Shown piece after piece: positions 13,303-14,862 of a stretch of 14,862 nucleotides of DNA. The stretch is from Candidatus Hadarchaeota archaeon (GTDB taxonomy: Archaea > CAYQAE01 > CAYVLA01). The stretch is taken from the NCBI GenBank assembly GCA_964452145.1, contig CAYVLA010000078.1:1-14862 (forward strand), in the 5' to 3' direction. The notes beneath the pieces were generated by a model. That model ran no database searches and was not told the DNA's origin. It saw only the letters and a list, made by a program, of their open reading frames with translations. Each line of letters starts with the position of its first letter. Positions within the stretch are counted from its first letter, which is position 1. The position numbers and the translations under genes are program-made.

Positions 13303-14862
13303 TCCAAGCTGACCCTAGGCATCAACCCCGATACCAGCACATGGTACCTTGGCTGGGAGTCCCCGAATCCCACCGATTCAGCGATTATAAAACCGTTCCG
13401 GGATGCGGTCGTCCAGTTGGCATGGTTGATGGTGGGGCTGACAAGAGGCGTCAGTTCAACCCTCATACCGGCAGGCCGCAACGGGGGCTCGATGACCACT
13501 GACCCTGTGTCGGTCTTGACCTCGATGATGGATGGCTGAGGGCCGACGTAGGGATCACCTCTGTCCTCGCCCCAGCGAAGAGCGACCTTCCCAGTGGTGA
13601 TGTGGATCACTGCCTTCCGGATCGGATGGGTTCGACACAGACAAAGCTCGACAAGCCCTGTCACGGTCCAAATATCGATGTCGTAGACCACGCCCACAGC
13701 ATAGTGAGCACGGCCCGACGCCTTCCCCATCTGGAATGTGCCTTCGACCTTCCTGGTGAAGTCCCCAACCCAGCTATCCGACATGCGTGCAGTTGGTGTG
13801 GCAAGCTTGGAGAGGCTGATCTCAAAGACCAGTATTGGATCAGCCTTATCGGGCAGGAAAGAGAAGGAGCCTTTGACGGTGTGCAGAATCAGGTGAAGCT
13901 CCTTGGTGGCCCCCCTCTCTACAGCGAAGTTGGCGTCCTTTCCCGGTACGAATTGCGGTTCTTTGAGCCAGGGACGAGCTTCGAGCTGGGGCAGGATCTG
14001 TCCGATTCCATGTGGACGAGATCTGAGGGCATCACGAAGCTTCTGGAGATCGGCTATGTTGCCCGGGAACACGAACATCGGCTTTTTCGCGGCGCGCTTC
14101 CGTCGAGGAAACTTCCACCATTCCAGCTCCACGCACAAATCAGCTACCTTATCCTGCCCGGTTCTGCCCGGCCACCAGTTTTCCAAGACCTCGGTCTTTC
14201 CAACCATGGCCTGAGTCGGTTGGAAGGACTCGTATTCCTCCAGACTCAGCGGCACGCTCACAAGACCCGTCATCTCGTGAACCGAGTAAGGAGAGCGAAG
14301 GAGATGATCGGGCTGCGACATCGACATATCGACCTTGATTCCCCTCTCAAGCGTCTTCCCCATATTGTCCAGGAGGACCTTGATGATGCGTCGGTGCAGA
14401 GCCTCACCCACCTTCGTGAATACCTTGGACATGGGCTCTCCATCGATCTTCTCCGGAAAAGCATGCCCGGGAATGACGACATGGTACCCAACCCCCCCGC
14501 TGAATTTCAGCGCGAGAGGAATGTTCTTCTCGACAAGAAAAGATATCGCGTGGGACGTGGCTTTCTTGCACAGAACGTGGCTCTCCTTTGCATCTATGTC
14601 TATGACCAGATCATGGACCATCCCATTCCCAGGATCTTTCCGGGCTATCGTTGAGTGAATGGCCGGCAAGGCCGAGACATACTGGTCTTCAGCCACCTTG
14701 GCAAGCCGTCGCTTCACCTCATCCAACAACTCGTCCGGGCCGCCGGGCTCCCATCTCCTGCCCTTGAACTCTTTGGCGTTAGTGACAACGATCACTCTGC
14801 GCCCAACCGAGTGTCGGAAGATCTGGTCCACAACCCTGCCGTAATGCTCCTCGATCTCCGTC
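13299..14862 (-). CDS. AEP superfamily primase-polymerase (paralog 1) with an additional unrecognised ~260-aa C-terminal region; 5' partial
   Basis: HDLVIDID, LKFSGGVGYH, IKVD and HLLRSPYSVHEMTGLVSVP. The frame stays open upstream of GTG 14831 to the window edge (TEIEEHYGRV-VDQIF), so the true start probably lies outside the window. Confidence 0.85.
   Translation of the reverse strand, partial: TEIEEHYGRVVDQIFRHSVGRRVIVVTNAKEFKGRRWEPGGPDELLDEVKRRLAKVAEDQYVSALPAIHSTIARKDPGNGMVHDLVIDIDAKESHVLCKKATSHAISFLVEKNIPLALKFSGGVGYHVVIPGHAFPEKIDGEPMSKVFTKVGEALHRRIIKVLLDNMGKTLERGIKVDMSMSQPDHLLRSPYSVHEMTGLVSVPLSLEEYESFQPTQAMVGKTEVLENWWPGRTGQDKVADLCVELEWWKFPRRKRAAKKPMFVFPGNIADLQKLRDALRSRPHGIGQILPQLEARPWLKEPQFVPGKDANFAVERGATKELHLILHTVKGSFSFLPDKADPILVFEISLSKLATPTARMSDSWVGDFTRKVEGTFQMGKASGRAHYAVGVVYDIDIWTVTGLVELCLCRTHPIRKAVIHITTGKVALRWGEDRGDPYVGPQPSIIEVKTDTGSVVIEPPLRPAGMRVELTPLVSPTINHANWTTASRNGFIIAESVGFGDSQPRYHVLVSGLMPRVSLE

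Noticed and set aside
13602..14654. 350-aa plus-strand ORF
   Set aside because: It is an antisense shadow of the motif-bearing AEP gene and has no recognisable motifs.
11575..14862. Labelling the AEPs priS or ligD, or the TIM barrel nfo
   Set aside because: No PriL, Ku, ligase or phosphoesterase partner is visible. The motifs support superfamily membership, not orthology.

Overview
This is a gene-dense, GC-rich window that looks archaeal (inferred from BRE/TATA-type promoters, a THUMP-SPOUT RNA methyltransferase, a DUF3368-type PIN toxin and archaeal-type primase domains); the taxon cannot be fixed from sequence alone. Left to right it holds a 3' remnant of an ICMT/Ste14 methyltransferase, a membrane-anchored wHTH protein coupled to a ~7-TM protein, a THUMP-SPOUT methyltransferase, a TraB/GumN-family protein, a metallophosphoesterase and a class I SAM methyltransferase. 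Next come an AbrB-PIN (vapBC) toxin-antitoxin pair, a probably 5'-truncated beta-propeller/CBM surface protein, a Cas2/VapD/PaaX-like small protein with a Zn-ribbon fragment, a five-bladed glycoside-hydrolase-like propeller and an RHH-PIN (vapBC) pair. The right end carries a tightly coupled minus-strand operon, AEP primase-polymerase (5' partial, with an extra unrecognised C-terminal domain) -> endonuclease IV-like TIM barrel -> second AEP paralog, which is the best candidate for an undescribed system. Three small modules share a TATA-plus-palindromic-operator promoter design. I saw no CRISPR array, rRNA, tRNA, transposase or integrase. All family calls come from motif recognition by eye, not from database searches.
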